Positions 37,624 through 50,053 of a stretch of 64,000 bases of DNA are shown here, piece by piece. The first letter of the stretch is position 1. Every line of letters begins with the position of its first letter. The stretch lies in NCBI GenBank assembly GCA_964016885.1, contig OZ024743.1, positions 166,346,001 to 166,410,000 on the forward strand. Reading direction: 5' to 3'. A model generated the notes under the pieces. It was not told the DNA's origin. It worked only from the letters and a program-made list of their open reading frames with translations, and made no database searches. The position numbers were made by a program, and so were the translations under genes. The stretch is from Eledone cirrhosa. Lineage: Eukaryota.

Positions 37624-37669
37624 CACCAGAATTCTTTCATCACACATATCTGTGACGTCATCAGTGATG
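37624..37669 (-). ncRNA. Minimal type I hammerhead ribozyme at the Penelope 3' end
   Basis: CAUCA-CUGAUGA-C-GUCACA(GAUAUG)UGUGAU-GAAA-GAAU-UC/UGGUG: intact core boxes, 6-bp stem II, 5-bp stem I, palindromic GAAUUC at helix III. Confidence 0.78.
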
Positions 37670-38646
37670 TTTCTGTTTCCTCCCATTGTATTGCTATACT
37701 GTTTTCTTATTCCATTCTTTTTTTTTTTGTGTTTTTGCGTGTTCGTGACTGAGCCTGTTTGAGTTTATGTGTTTATATTCTACTTTTGGTCACTAGTGTG
37801 TTTATGTGTGGTTGTTATTCCATTCATGTTTTCTGTTTAGATATTATTTCAATTTCTATGTTGTCTGTATTACAATCATGTTTTAGTCTGTTGTGTTCAT
37901 ATAGTTCTGAATTGTCTTTTTGTTCTTTTAATTCACTTCAATGTTCATCTATCCCCTCTCCTATGCTACGGACTGTTTCTTCTATATATGTCATTGTCAT
38001 ATTTCTGCAGGCACCCTCTGTATATCTTATGCAACAGACTACATTTCTATTTTTACAATTTATTTATGGACTTACTCTACATATTACCCATTTCTTATTT
38101 GTACAGCGGATTTTCTTAAAGGGGTAAGTTATACTGACCAGACATTTTATGATAGTTCCTGGCTTTTCTACCATTTTAATATTCAAAGGTCTTTCTAAAT
38201 TGCTTAGGTAGTTAACCTCCAAGGGTTGCACCCATGAACATGACACTGGTATCTCTGGTTGTCGTACCATGAAGTGGCTTTCCCTATCTTTTATCTAGTC
38301 TATCTATGCTATTCCATGATTTGCTCCTGTACAATGGGCAAACCCCTTTCATGTCCATCTCTATGAAGGTCTTATATTTAGCTGTGGCCCCTTTGTACAC
38401 CCTGATTCTGTCTCTTTGGTTGTAACCAGAGAATTGCATGCGATTGATGATGGGTTGTACGTGTCTCTCCAGTTTAGTTGGATTGCACATGCGGGACATA
38501 TTCTTTATCACTCTTACTAAGTCTGAGATCAGGATATTAAACTTAGCCCTATTGGACATTACCGAGTGTTTGTGCATTAGGTATTTGGAGGCCATAGGTT
38601 TAGCATAATGTGAGTGGAGGATTTTGGCTTTCTCATTTATAGTATA

Positions 38647-39048
38647 CTAGCAGATTTATCCGGCGTTGCTCGGGGTTTGAAATTATGCTAAGAATATACA
38701 GCTAGGAAGTAAAAAAAGAACATTATTTGTCCCCAACCTGTCAAAATAAGCAGAAGTCTTCAATAATTAATGCAAACGAATATATTTGGTGAAAAGGTTA
38801 TCTCCCTTTTTTATAAAGATTGACAATAAAGTTTGTTATCTCCCTTACATCAATTTTTCTACCGATAATGTTGATATCGATTTTTTATTGCTCAAGGTGG
38901 GTCGATTTGAAAAATGTTTGTGATGTGACAATCTTAGCGAACTGTGCAACGTGCACAGAAAATTTGGTCAAATTCAGTTGGTAATTGTGAAAGCCTTATC
39001 CATGCAAAGTTGTACACACACACACACTCGCTTTTATATATATAAAGA
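38647..39048 (-). mobile_element. Non-autonomous Helitron-like element nested in the Penelope
   Basis: A|TCTTTATATATATAAAAG start and CCCGAGCAACGCCGG hairpin with CTAG|T end on the minus strand; same hairpin as at 29618. Confidence 0.85.
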
Positions 39049-40429
39049 TAACCAGAGTTCTGTGTCTAATTCTGGTAATCAATTGTTAGGGAGTTTGGAA
39101 GGGTAGCCGATAGTTACTGTGATGCACTGGTGTATGGAATTAGCTATTTGCTGGATGCCCTCCATCTTGTTAGATTCTAATTTGGGTTTATCAGTACTCT
39201 CTTGTAGGGGTGTTTATATTACTATACTAATGTCTACATAATGAAAGTACAGGATGAAGTTGTCTTCTAGACCTTCTTTGAGTCCTTTCCCACCAAACCA
39301 TAAATAGGTTGGCAATATCGCCAACAATGCTGATGGCCGCTCCTTCGACTTGGGTGTATGCTTTCTTATTAAATTTGAACATGTAGCCCTTTAAAGTAGT
39401 CTCAGTACTAGCTCCACCTGGGGGCTTTTTTGTTATTGAGGGTATGGTAGGGGTTTACCTCTTATTAGTCTACTGGGGCAGAAACTGTTGAGGTCATGAT
39501 TGTCTAGATATTCTCTGTCACATATAAGTCTAAGTAGGAGGCCCAGTTCGTCCGTGTCAACATCACAGAACTCTACCTCACTCTCACTGATTATTTTCAA
39601 ACATTTTTCCACAGCAATATCAACGTCAATGGATGGGTATATATCTATACTGCTATTTTGCAGTTTGTTAGGTCTTTGGTGTAGTTGCAATCGTTGATTC
39701 TGCTGAGGAGGTCCTCTGTGTTGTCACACACATAAGATTTTATAGTTGCTGGCTATATTGGCTCTGCAGAGAGGTCTTGTTGGTGGTCCTGTTATAGGGT
39801 CAATAGCTGGTTTATGGTCTTTGCGGAGCCCATACCAGGGTGGTATGTCATTGTTAGAAGCCTGGAAATTATTGGCCGTGCATCTATTTGGTCTTAGGAT
39901 GTTGGTCTACGTCATCATGTGAGCATTGAGGATCCCTTCCCTTTCCTCATGTGTTTGTGGTGTTGTTTCACTCGAGTTGATGAGGTTGGGTTGCACAGCC
40001 TTGATGTAGTTCGGCATGCAGTCTCTTGTTTGAAGGTAGAAACACTATCTCACCATCCCTTGTGTGCTGCATGAGGCTTTGAAGACCCTCTGCAGGCTTT
40101 CTCCCAAGTTGTTGGACCTCTGGTCTGTTCTGTCTCCTAGTATATTGTTCCAAGCCAAAATCAGAGATACATATAACCCTTCATCAATCGCAGCAGTACC
40201 ATAGTTTATGAGGGATTTTGAGCCAGTTGGCCGCAACAAGGGAGCCATGTTACTGGGTGGGCCTGCCATCGACTGTGTTTATAGTGCGGGCTGGGTGGCG
40301 CCGTTATAAGCCAAGTCCAGGGTTGAGTTGTCAACACGAGTCTTTTGTTGTAGTGCCAGAGGACTTGGTCATTTGTCATCCTCATTGGGAGATTCAGGTG
40401 TGTCTTCCTCTTTTGGGGCTTCCTGCAAC

Positions 40430-40772
40430 CTAATGCCCTTCACCTTTTTAAACAGCTGTCATCCTTCATGCAAATCGCATGACCATACCATCGCAGTCGT
40501 CTCTCCTGCACACGTGTTCCTTCTTATGCCCAGTTTCGCTCTCAATACATTTACACTTTGCCATTCACACACATTTCTGTTACACATTCATCTAATCATG
40601 CAGGCTTCATTTCTTTCCAATCTTCATAGATCCTCAGCACGCAGAGCCCATGTTTCACTTCCCTGTAGCATTACTGAGCACACAAGCATCGTACAGTTTG
40701 CCTTTTATTTTGAGTAAGAGACTTTTTGTAGTTAGCAGCGGCAGTAGCTCCCTGAATCTTTTCCATCCAGCA
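40430..40772 (-). mobile_element. RTE 3' fragment
   Basis: Reverse complement encodes GWKRFRELLPLL..., ERNEACMIR and RRLRWYGH. Confidence 0.8.
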
Positions 40773-41039
40773 TACCACCTTAGCCTTTTAGACCAATCAA
40801 ACCACAGCAATATAAACATATCTTCATTCACTATCTTTTGGCAATAACTGCTACTATCTTCTTTATTCTTCCTGGAAATTTTTGATTATTATGGATGGGC
40901 AAAAATGAAGGATCAACTCTAAATATAAATATAAATCCATGCGTTTCCAGGCAACCATGTGAACCTTCTTCATTTCAGATACAAAAAGCATATACCCAGC
41001 CCCAACCCCCCAAAATATCCACCTCTCCTATTGACAACA

Positions 41040-42485
41040 AAGGCCCAAACTTCCAAATTGGCACCATCATCATGAGCACAGGAGAGATTGTAGTGATGCT
41101 AGAGCAAAAGAAATTGATATATGCTGTGTGCAAGAGCCTAGATGAGGGGGTTCAGCTAGACTCCTTGTAGGCAAAAAACAGTGCTACAAATTTTTCTGGG
41201 TAGGAAATGACAAGAGGCTGAGGAGAGTAGGCATCTTATTAGCTGATAAATGAGTAATCTCTGTAAATAGAGTGAACACAAGTAACATTAAACTCAGACT
41301 AGTCCTAAATAGAACAATGGCTACAATTATGTCTGCATATGCACCCCAATCTGAGTTGACAGATGAATTCAAAGATAGGTTTTATGATTCCTTAATGCAC
41401 ATGACTATGCTAACGAATGACAGTGACTTCCTAATCATCATAGGAAACTAAAACACTATAACGGCTTCTACATGATCCATGGAGGCTACAAGTTTGGCAC
41501 GAGAAACAATGAAGCTTTCATGTTCCTAGAATTCTGCGACACCAATGACCTATTGATATGTAACACAAACTTCAAAAAACCTGATAACCACCCGATTACC
41601 TATAGATCTGGTAAACATGTTAGTCAGATAGATATTATCCTTACCAGAAGGTGAGGTAAAAACAAAATCCTTCCCTGGCAAGAAATGCACCTCCCAACAT
41701 AATCTAGTAGGTAGTGACCTTATTGTCAGAGCTAGACAAACTTGGAGACAGAGAGCAACCTAGAGAAGAAGTATATGGAAGTTGAAAAAGCCCTCAGCCA
41801 GTAACAGATATAGAGATATTTTGCTCAATGCCTAGGGCAGTAAGGAAGATCAAACAGAGACATTCATTATAGCATTGGGAGTTCCTGAAAGATAACCTAC
41901 CGAAGGTGACAGACAATATCTGAGGATGGAGCAGTGATATAAACCTTTTTCAATCACAGGAAGGATCCATAGAAGTGGTTGATAGCTTCTGTTATCTAGG
42001 TAACTTAATAGTGGAGGAGGTGCTCTAAGAACATAATACCTAGAATAAGGATAGGATGGAAGCAATTGACTACAAAAAGTTTCTCCCAATGTAAAAAAGG
42101 ACGACTGTATGATGTCTGTATGCGAAACGCGATGCTGTATGGTAGTAAAACATGGGCAATGACTGAAGAGATGTGCGTAGACTGGAGAGAAATGAAGCAA
42201 CCATGCTTTGTTGGATGTGCAATGCAAATGTGAGAGAAAGGCAGAGCTTGGATGAACTGAGGGAGAATCTGGGTTTAAGAGGAATCTGAAGTGGTGTGCA
42301 AAAGAGAAGACTGTGTTGGTACGGTCATATGATGTGTATGGATGATAGTGACTGGGTGATGAGGTGCCAGGAGATCCCAGTGGAGGAAAGCTGTAGTAAA
42401 GGTAGACCAAGGAAGACCTGGGCAGAAATGGAGAGAACTAATCTTAAATCATCGAGACTCACAGAGGAGATTGCAAAGGGACAAA
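41040..42485 (+). mobile_element. Heavily decayed, internally deleted RTE
   Basis: HGGYKFGTRNNE..EFCD..CNTNFKK (APE) joined almost directly to C-terminal RRLCWYGH..GRPRKTW; the RT core is missing. Confidence 0.8.
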
Positions 42486-43154
42486 ATACTCTATTTCACC
42501 CTACAGATGAAGAAGATTGGTGCAAAACATGACACAACAGCGACCTTATAATTTCATTAGTTGAGGGCCTATGAGACAATACAATATGATGATATAAAAG
42601 TGTATTTGCTCCAGACTGCCTTCTATTGCAATATATAAGACTCAACAATTCAACCCACACTACACAAGAAAATTTGTCTCAAACCTCTATCGACATGAGT
42701 CCAGATAGAGAACTAAGAGTAAAAATGCTTGTTTCAAAATAAGTCAATCACCCACGCACTTAACCATTTTTATACTAAACTGCCTGAAATTACCCTTAGT
42801 TCTATGATTCCAGATTGTTTATTTTAAAGTATTTATCTAAAAACCTTAAGTAATAATTGTATGTAAAGTTCTTTATGTTCCAAACTCCAAAACCAGTTTA
42901 ATGGTTAAAACAAAATATGGCATGAGCAAAAAAAATGCATTATAAAGTAAAACCTCAAATGTCATCTCTCCCTTAAATTATGTTCTTCCTGTTCTTTTCC
43001 ATTTTCAGTAACCCCTTACATTTTAGAAGCTTTATTGCCTTGCTTAGGGTGAGTGGAAAAAAAACTAAAACATAAAAATAAATAAAATTAGTGGTGATGG
43101 GAGGAGGAGAAAAGAATGGAATGTGGTAGGAATATAGTAGAAAGTGTAACTTAC

Positions 43155-43284
43155 TCTTAGACATTCTAGAAGATTTTTCACTTAGATCTATATTCTGGAT
43201 TTTCTTTTCCAAACAATTAATATTTTCTTTAAGGCGAGCACCTTTATCTGGAAGAGCCGCTAACTGCACACGAGATAACAGCTC
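43155..43284 (-). CDS. TTF2: TTF2-like exon 3 (LPDKG coiled-coil motif)
   Basis: ELLSRVQLAALPDKGARLKENINCLEKKIQNIDLSEKSSRMSK; LPDKG is conserved in TTF2 N-termini; acceptor tattcaag, donor gtaagt; phase 0 to 1. Confidence 0.9.
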
Positions 43285-43748
43285 CTTGAATAGAAACAAA
43301 AATGACACATACATGTCTCTTGCCCAAGCATTTTTGCTATTACTAGCTGACCCTGTGGACATTAAAGCAGTTTAATTAGAAACAAGTATTATTTTAACTG
43401 TTTTATTTATAAGCTATATATACTCTTTTACCTGTTCTATGGCTGAGGCCATGCTGGGGCACCACCCATTGCAACCGAAGTTGCAGCTGCAAGTAGCAGA
43501 TTCGCATCCAATTTTCGAAGGCTATCACAAAGCACTTGATGAGAGTAGTCAATAAATTACTCCTCAGAGTAATCACAATAAGTTAGGTAATAGTGACACA
43601 ATAAGTTACAATAGTGACATATACAGGTACTTAAGTTTCGTTGGTTTATTCAGCCCAACTCATTTAGCCTATTATATAAATAAAGATGGCTATCCCCATG
43701 GCTGTTTTAGAAAGTATAGTAGAGTTCTAAGGGTAAGTAATCCTGAAA

Positions 43749-44405
43749 TCTATATATATAAAGTTGCATTCCTGTCTGTTTGTTTGTTCACGAACTACTC
43801 CTATGGTTTTGGAGATAGACTCCCATAACCATATATATTCTGAAACTACATTGCCCAGGGTACTTGGACAAGTATATTTCATTTTAATCATAGGGTTACC
43901 CGGGAGCACAAACCCCCGCTGAAAAGTTGTTCCCTTCGATTTATATGAAATTTAAACCATAGGTAAATGGCAAGATATGATGCCTATTCACAAAATTTCA
44001 GCAAATTTCAATAATATTAAGACACTCTAATGGGGGTTAAACCCCCTATTAGGGCTTCCCGGGGGCACAAACCCTCGCTGAAAATTGTTTTTCCTTCGAT
44101 TTATATGAAATTTAAACCATAGGTAAATGACAAGATATGATGCCTATTCACAAAAGTTTTGAATTGATATTTTTAAAAAAATTATTTACAAGAAACAAAA
44201 TAAGAATAAGATTTGATAATGTAATTTTGATTTGATATATTACAAAAAATAATGTTTTCCAATTTTTCATGCATTACATTTTACATTGAGTAATATTGAA
44301 ATGCAGAGTTTTTCTCTATAAATTATATCATTGATTTAAAATCAATCATCATTTTCTTACAAAATAAATGGGTGAAACGCAGCAAGGCGCGGGTAATTCG
44401 GCTAG
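43749..44405 (+). mobile_element. Non-autonomous Helitron-like element with internal duplication
   Basis: A|TCTATATATATAAAG start, subterminal GC hairpin, CTAG|T end; ~100-bp block repeated at about 43900 and 44060. Confidence 0.82.
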
Positions 44406-44839
44406 TTATCTATAAATAGACAAATCTCTTGAATAAAGCAAAGGGAAGTAACTAGCAAATAAAAACAAAAGGGAAATAGTTTGTGTTACACAAGGAATCC
44501 AAGTGTTAAGTTGAAAAGTCGAAGAAAATAAATTCAGTTAATCCGGCCTACACCATTTTTTCAGAATGAATTTTACTTCATGAGGACAGCAACTAAAACT
44601 TCTTTAAAACCAGTTGCAAGAGTATATTCCACTTCTCTGAATTACACAGTCAGCAAAATGTTCCATTGACATAGGGGGTAATTTTTCCAGTATCCTCCAA
44701 CACTTACAAATTATGCCAGGTTGCAAATTCAATACGGGCATTGACAAGGCATAAAAATTAACCAAAATGTTAATAACAGTTCTGTTACAAAGTGTTAGTG
44801 ATGTTTATCAATAAAATTATTCAATTTTATTTAATCATT

Positions 44840-45022
44840 AATTGTTTCTACTTTTGGCACAAGGCCAGCAATTACCCAGTGCATTACTGGTACTTTATTT
44901 TATCGACCCCGTAAGGATAAAGTTAACCTCGGCAGGATTTGAACTCAGATCAGAAAGGGGTGTAACTCTGTGTTACAAAACATGTTGTCCGACCCTCTAC
45001 CGATACTGCCAAACCACCACCC
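44840..45022 (-). mobile_element. tRNA-derived SINE with TSD
   Basis: Same family as 10786; ATTTTATTTAATCATTAAT is duplicated on both sides. Confidence 0.88.
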
Positions 45023-45390
45023 TTATTTTATTTAATCATTAATGAAAGCAAAATTGTTAGGCGAGAGAGAGAAAAAAAAAAAAAAAACGAATCGGCACTG
45101 TTTGTGAAAATGTAAACACTGGTAGAAATTATCCAACTGTATTCAAAAATCGGGAAAAAAAACATCACATAGGACTAATAATATTCATTGTACAATATCA
45201 TATTTATTGCCAAAATCTGACGAATATTTCTCAAAGAAAAACAAAAATTCTGACCAAAATTAGCATGGAATTGCTGTATTGAGAATGTTATTTCTTGCCC
45301 TAGCACAACTGATACATAAATGTAAGTATGCATACGTATACACACACACATATACATACATACACATATATACATATACGTTATATCGAA

Positions 45391-45498
45391 CATTACTAAT
45401 AATGCTCGATCTGTTTGTAAACAAACAGCCTGATTTGAAGCTGTGCCCTGCCATTGACCGTTTGTTTACAAAGGAATCGAGCATTATTATTATTAATG
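45391..45498. mobile_element. ~110-bp hairpin MITE
   Basis: CATTACTAATAATGCTCGAT..TTTGTAAACAAAC and GTTTGTTTACAAA..ATCGAGCATTATTATTAATG inverted arms. Confidence 0.75.
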
Positions 45499-45649
45499 TT
45501 CAATATAACTCATACATACATATGTGTGTGTATGTATACATACATACATGTGTGTGTGTATGTATACATACATACATGTGTGTATGTATGTATATATATA
45601 TATATACACACACACTAAACCCATGCTAGCGTGGAAGATAGATGTTAAA

Positions 45650-46076
45650 CGGAATAGGAAGAGGCGAAATAAATCATCCAACCACCTCAAACAGGTGACA
45701 AAAAAGGCAGTGCTTCAATTTGAGCAGCGGATAGCAACCAGCCCTGACAGTATGGTGTTCTGGAAGTATGTTCACTCAAAGCAGAGGCCTCACTCTCCAG
45801 TTGGTCCTCTTCACAATCCCCACACAAGCCAGGTTACTCACGACCCCAAGGAATGCGCAGAGCTCATTGCTGAATGCTATGCAGGCATTTTCACTATTGA
45901 AGACCAGAGTGTACCGTCTCCACCACCTATGACACCGGATTCTATCACAACCATGGAATTTACAACTGCAATGCTGTGATGTCACCTAAAAAATAAATGC
46001 AACCATGCCTCTCCTGGTCTTGATGGTGTTATGTACGTGCTTCTTAAACGTGGTGGGTACTTCCTTCTGCACCAGC
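45650..46076 (+). mobile_element. CR1-clade LINE fragment
   Basis: FWKYVHSK..., YAGIFTIED, SPGLDG; 45862-46076 is nearly identical to 47253-47467. Confidence 0.82.
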
Positions 46077-46426
46077 GACCATATATATATGGAAGATAGA
46101 TGTTAAACATGATGATGATTTATATATATATATATATGTGGAAGATAGACGCTAAACGATAATGATATATATTTATATATATATATATATCATCATCGTT
46201 TAACGTCTATCTTCCACATATATATATATATCATCATCATCGTTTAACGTCCATCTTCCATATATATATATATGTATATTTATTTATAATTACTTTAAAA
46301 CTCATAGTCTTCAAAATGTTTTTAAATAAACACAGTATTTTATCAAATATACTATGCATACATTCATATATACATTGCTATTTCAGAGCACCGATACTTA
46401 TATTTACATATATATATATATATATA

Positions 46427-46747
46427 TTATAAAATAAGAAGGAATAATAGACACAATATACCTATTTTTTCTTCGTCCCAACTGTACAGTTTCGCTGGTC
46501 ACTATGCAAAAATGTTATATCATAGATATGTAACATTGTTGTGAGGTAAGCCAGCTTACTCAAGAGATTTTCTCACTTGCTACGGACGTATGTAGTTAGG
46601 GCTCTTCTCTGAAGTGCTCCCTTACCTCACAACAATATTACATATCTATGATATAACATCTTTGCATAGTGACCAGCGAAATTGTACAGTTGGGACGAAG
46701 AAAAAATAGGTAAATATTGTGTCTATTATTCCTTCTTATTTCATAAT
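46427..46747. repeat. Inverted repeat with ~125-bp arms (Penelope pLTR-like)
   Basis: 46427-46550 is the reverse complement of 46621-46747. Confidence 0.9.
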
Positions 46748-46928
46748 ATTTTACATAGCTCTGATATTGTGTCAATTTAATTATTTCGATTATCTTGTCT
46801 CTCATAATCATAGAGCAACACTGGTTAAGGTCGACAACATACAATCTCACATACTTGTGAAAAATATATGTTTATATATACATGTATATGTATGTATGCA
46901 CACATATCTGTATACCTCTCATTATATA

Positions 46929-47111
46929 CGGTGGATTGGCAGTATCGGTAGAGGGTCGGACGCCATGCTTTGACGCATTGAGTTACGGCCTTTGCCATTC
47001 TGAGTTCAAATCCCGCCGAGGTTAACTTTGCCTTTCATCCTTACGGGGTCGATAAAATAAAGTACCAGTAATACACTGGGTAATTGCTGGCCTTGTGCCA
47101 AAAGTAGAAAC

Positions 47112-47117
<6 letters not shown>
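46929..47117 (+). mobile_element. tRNA-derived SINE, near full length
   Basis: TGGCAGTATCGG A-box, GTTCAAATCC B-box, family body and tail. Confidence 0.9.
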
Positions 47118-47151
<34 letters not shown>

Positions 47152-47249
47152 AGAGAAAGTTGGTTGATTTAAAATCTGCCGACTTTTACATAACAGATGT
47201 CAAGTACTCAACGGTTTATGTTTATTTGGAGTTTTATTATAATAATAAA

Positions 47250-48035
47250 CATGCTCATTGCTGAATGCTATGCAGGCATTTTCACTATTCAAGACCAGAG
47301 TGTACCGTCTCCACCACCTATGACACCGGACTCTATTACAACCATGGAATTTACACCTGCAATGCTGCGACGTCACCTAAAAAATAAATGCAACCATGCC
47401 TCTCCTGGTCTTGATGGTGTTACGTACCTGCTTCTTAAACGTGGTGGGTACTTCCTTCTGCACCAGCTATCACGCTTCTTCCAATTCTGTCTGAACAACG
47501 GTGCTACTCCAGAACAGTGGAAAACTGCCAGTGTCATTCCTCTGTTCAAAAAGGGTGACCGCACATCACCTGTGAACTATCGTCCAGTCAGTCTTACTAG
47601 TTGCATTGCCAAACTGATGGAATCCTGTGTCAGAGAAACACTTTGGAACTTCTGGAACTCTCACAGTCTTATCTGGCCCTCGCAATTTGGATTTATCCCC
47701 AACTCCAACATGCCTACAAAGTCAGAAAACAGCACAGTTCCCATGACTTTCTGAAACATTTTTTCACACTCAGAGTTGCTGAAGCATGGAACAAACTACC
47801 TGCATCAGTTGTTAGCTGTCGAGACACTGCATCCTTTAAAACCTCCATGCTTCCCGAGATTCGCCAACACTACACCTGATGTTCCCCCTCCATATACATA
47901 CACACGTATATCATGATTCATGCACTATTCACTTCCCTGACATTTGTATATTATTCTATGTACTATACATGCACCTTTGACGAGTTGTAGTGCACCTGAG
48001 CACTTTAAACAATAATTTCATTATTATTATTATTA
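47250..48035 (+). mobile_element. CR1-clade LINE fragment with internal deletion and 3' end
   Basis: WKTASVIPLFKKGDR..NYRPVSLTS..QFGF jumps to HFFTLRVAEAWNKLP; (ATT)n tail. Confidence 0.88.
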
Positions 48036-49039
48036 TGATGACACGTACGTATGCATACTTATATTTATTTTCAGTCGCTGTTTTAACATGTCAAGAGCGA
48101 AGTCAGAATTTCCGTTTTTCTTTGAGAAATATTAGTCAAGTTTCACCAATGAATATTATTTTGTAGACTATTAAAATCCGATGTGATGCATTTTTTTTTA
48201 ACGATTTTGAATAGTTGGATAATTTCTACCAGTGTTTACATTTGCAAATAGTACCAATTCATTTTGTTGTTTCTCTCTCTCCTTTTAATGAGTTAATGGA
48301 AGATATTAGTTTTCACATTTTGTTTGTTTTTAATCTAGGTCTACATGCAATTCTGAGAAAGCTTCATTAACAATCAAATAAAATTGAATAATTTTATTGA
48401 TAAACATCAAAAACACTTTGTAATAGGACTTAAGTAACATGTGTTACTAATGCTAATGTTGGGCTCTAGAAGATTTATGCAGCTCAGTTTAGTGCATATT
48501 TTCGCAGAAACTTAGCCATTAGTTCATACATTTCTTGAAATTCTGGCTCAAACTCAATATTTGAAGCCTTGGATTCTTGTTCTGTCTCACCTCTCACCAC
48601 TTATGAATATGCCATTTCGACAAGTAATGTCAATATGCGTTATGAGCATCTGTAGCATTCCTTTTTTTTATTAATTTTGTGCCATTTTGTTGCCAAAATT
48701 GGCAATGTCTATTGAATTTGTGAGAAATGTTTCTTTCTTATGGTATAAAAATAACGATTATCTGACCTACCCTCTTCGATTTTTATATCAAAATAAGCAA
48801 ACAAAGTCCTCCTGTATTAGTTTCAATATAAATCAAGTTATAGTGCTTTAATGCATTGAACTAGAATTAGTAATACTGTTCAGCAATCAAAAACAAAAAT
48901 GAAACAAACATTGTAAATGTGTGGAAATAAGGAGGCACCTAATGAGGGATGGTGGCAACAGTGCTGATGCAAAAGCTACAGCAAGGGCAGAGAGGATGAG
49001 GGAGAAGAGGCTGAAGATGCTGAATGGCATCAAGGAGTT

Positions 49040-49335
49040 GCTAAATGATGGCAAGCACAGTAGTTTGGTTGACAAATGCAGAGATAGATTATGTTGGAAA
49101 TGAGGGATGTCCAAATGCAGGAGTTTCATTGATAAGGGCAAAGACAGACTATATTGGAAATGAGACACTTTCAACCTAAGGAGTTTGATTGAAACAAGGG
49201 ATCTTTAACCCCTGTAGTTTGGTTGATAAGTACAATGACACATAGTTCAGATGATTAATGCAGAGACTATATTAGAAACAAAATGTCTCCAACCTCAGTT
49301 TGGTTAATAAGTGCAGAAACAGATTATTCCAAACT
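49040..49335. repeat. Degenerate ~59-bp tandem repeat
   Basis: gtttggttga.aa.tgcaga.a.agatta..ttggaaa units. Confidence 0.6.
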
Positions 49336-49584
49336 CTTCAGAAGAGAAGGCACATAACTGAACATAGCAGGACAGAACAAAATAACATTCCAGTTTGTTT
49401 TGTTTTTATTGCCTAGCTCCAAGCTTAGCTCTGACCAATCATTCCAGTTGTAACTATTTTGAACTTTTTTCTGGCCAAATGTACCTTTTTTAAGATGGTA
49501 GGCTAGTGTATATGTAATATTAGGGAGATTTATCAAATTGAGAAAGAAAGAGTGGTGAGTGTAGAAAAAGAAAGAAAAGAGATT

Positions 49585-49800
49585 TCTAATTTAGGCATAA
49601 GGCTAACAATTTGTGGAGTGGGAGAAAGTTGATTACATTGACCCAGTACATGGCTGATACTTTATTTTATCGACCCCACCCAGAAGGATGAAAGACAAAA
49701 CTGACCTTAGCAGAATCTGAACTTAGAGCATAAAGAGCTGTAACTTAATACTGCAAAGCATTTTGTCTGATGCCATAATGATTCTGCCAATCCATCACCC
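49585..49800 (-). mobile_element. Older tRNA SINE copy
   Basis: ttttatcgacccc..aggatgaaag body on the plus strand. Confidence 0.75.
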
Positions 49801-49852
49801 TAATAATAATAATAACAATAATCGAAAACAATTCAACTAAATTACCACCAAC

Positions 49853-50053
49853 CTTTTGCCTTTGAAGAGTATTTTTAAGATTGACTTTCTCACTGTTCTG
49901 CTTCGAAGTAACTTTAACTGGACTGTCCCTCCATTGAGTGAAGCTATCGTTAGCATCTTTCACATCCTTCTTAGCTTCTAACTTCTTTTCATTTTTAAAT
50001 ATTGGTGCTTTGTGATCAGTCTTACTCAATGATGAAAACGAAGGAGCATCATT
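49853..50053 (-). CDS. TTF2: TTF2-like exon 2
   Basis: NDAPSFSS...KVNLKNTLQRQK, 201 nt, phase 0 to 0, donor gttggt; joins ELLSRVQLAALPDKG as in the TTF2 L..QK..L..V....LPDKG motif. The acceptor position is less certain. Confidence 0.78.

Larger units (their letters stand above)
37620..40430 (-). mobile_element. Penelope-like element, decayed RT plus GIY-YIG
   Basis: DIYPSIDVD, FKFNKKAYTQVEGAAISIVGDIANLFMVWW, KPMASKYLMHKHS, RMQFSGY, VEKPG, CRNMTMTYIEETVRS on the minus strand; interrupted by a Helitron. Confidence 0.88.

Noticed and set aside
46929-47020. tRNA genes at SINE heads
   Set aside because: A and B boxes are present but there is no full cloverleaf, and they run into SINE bodies.
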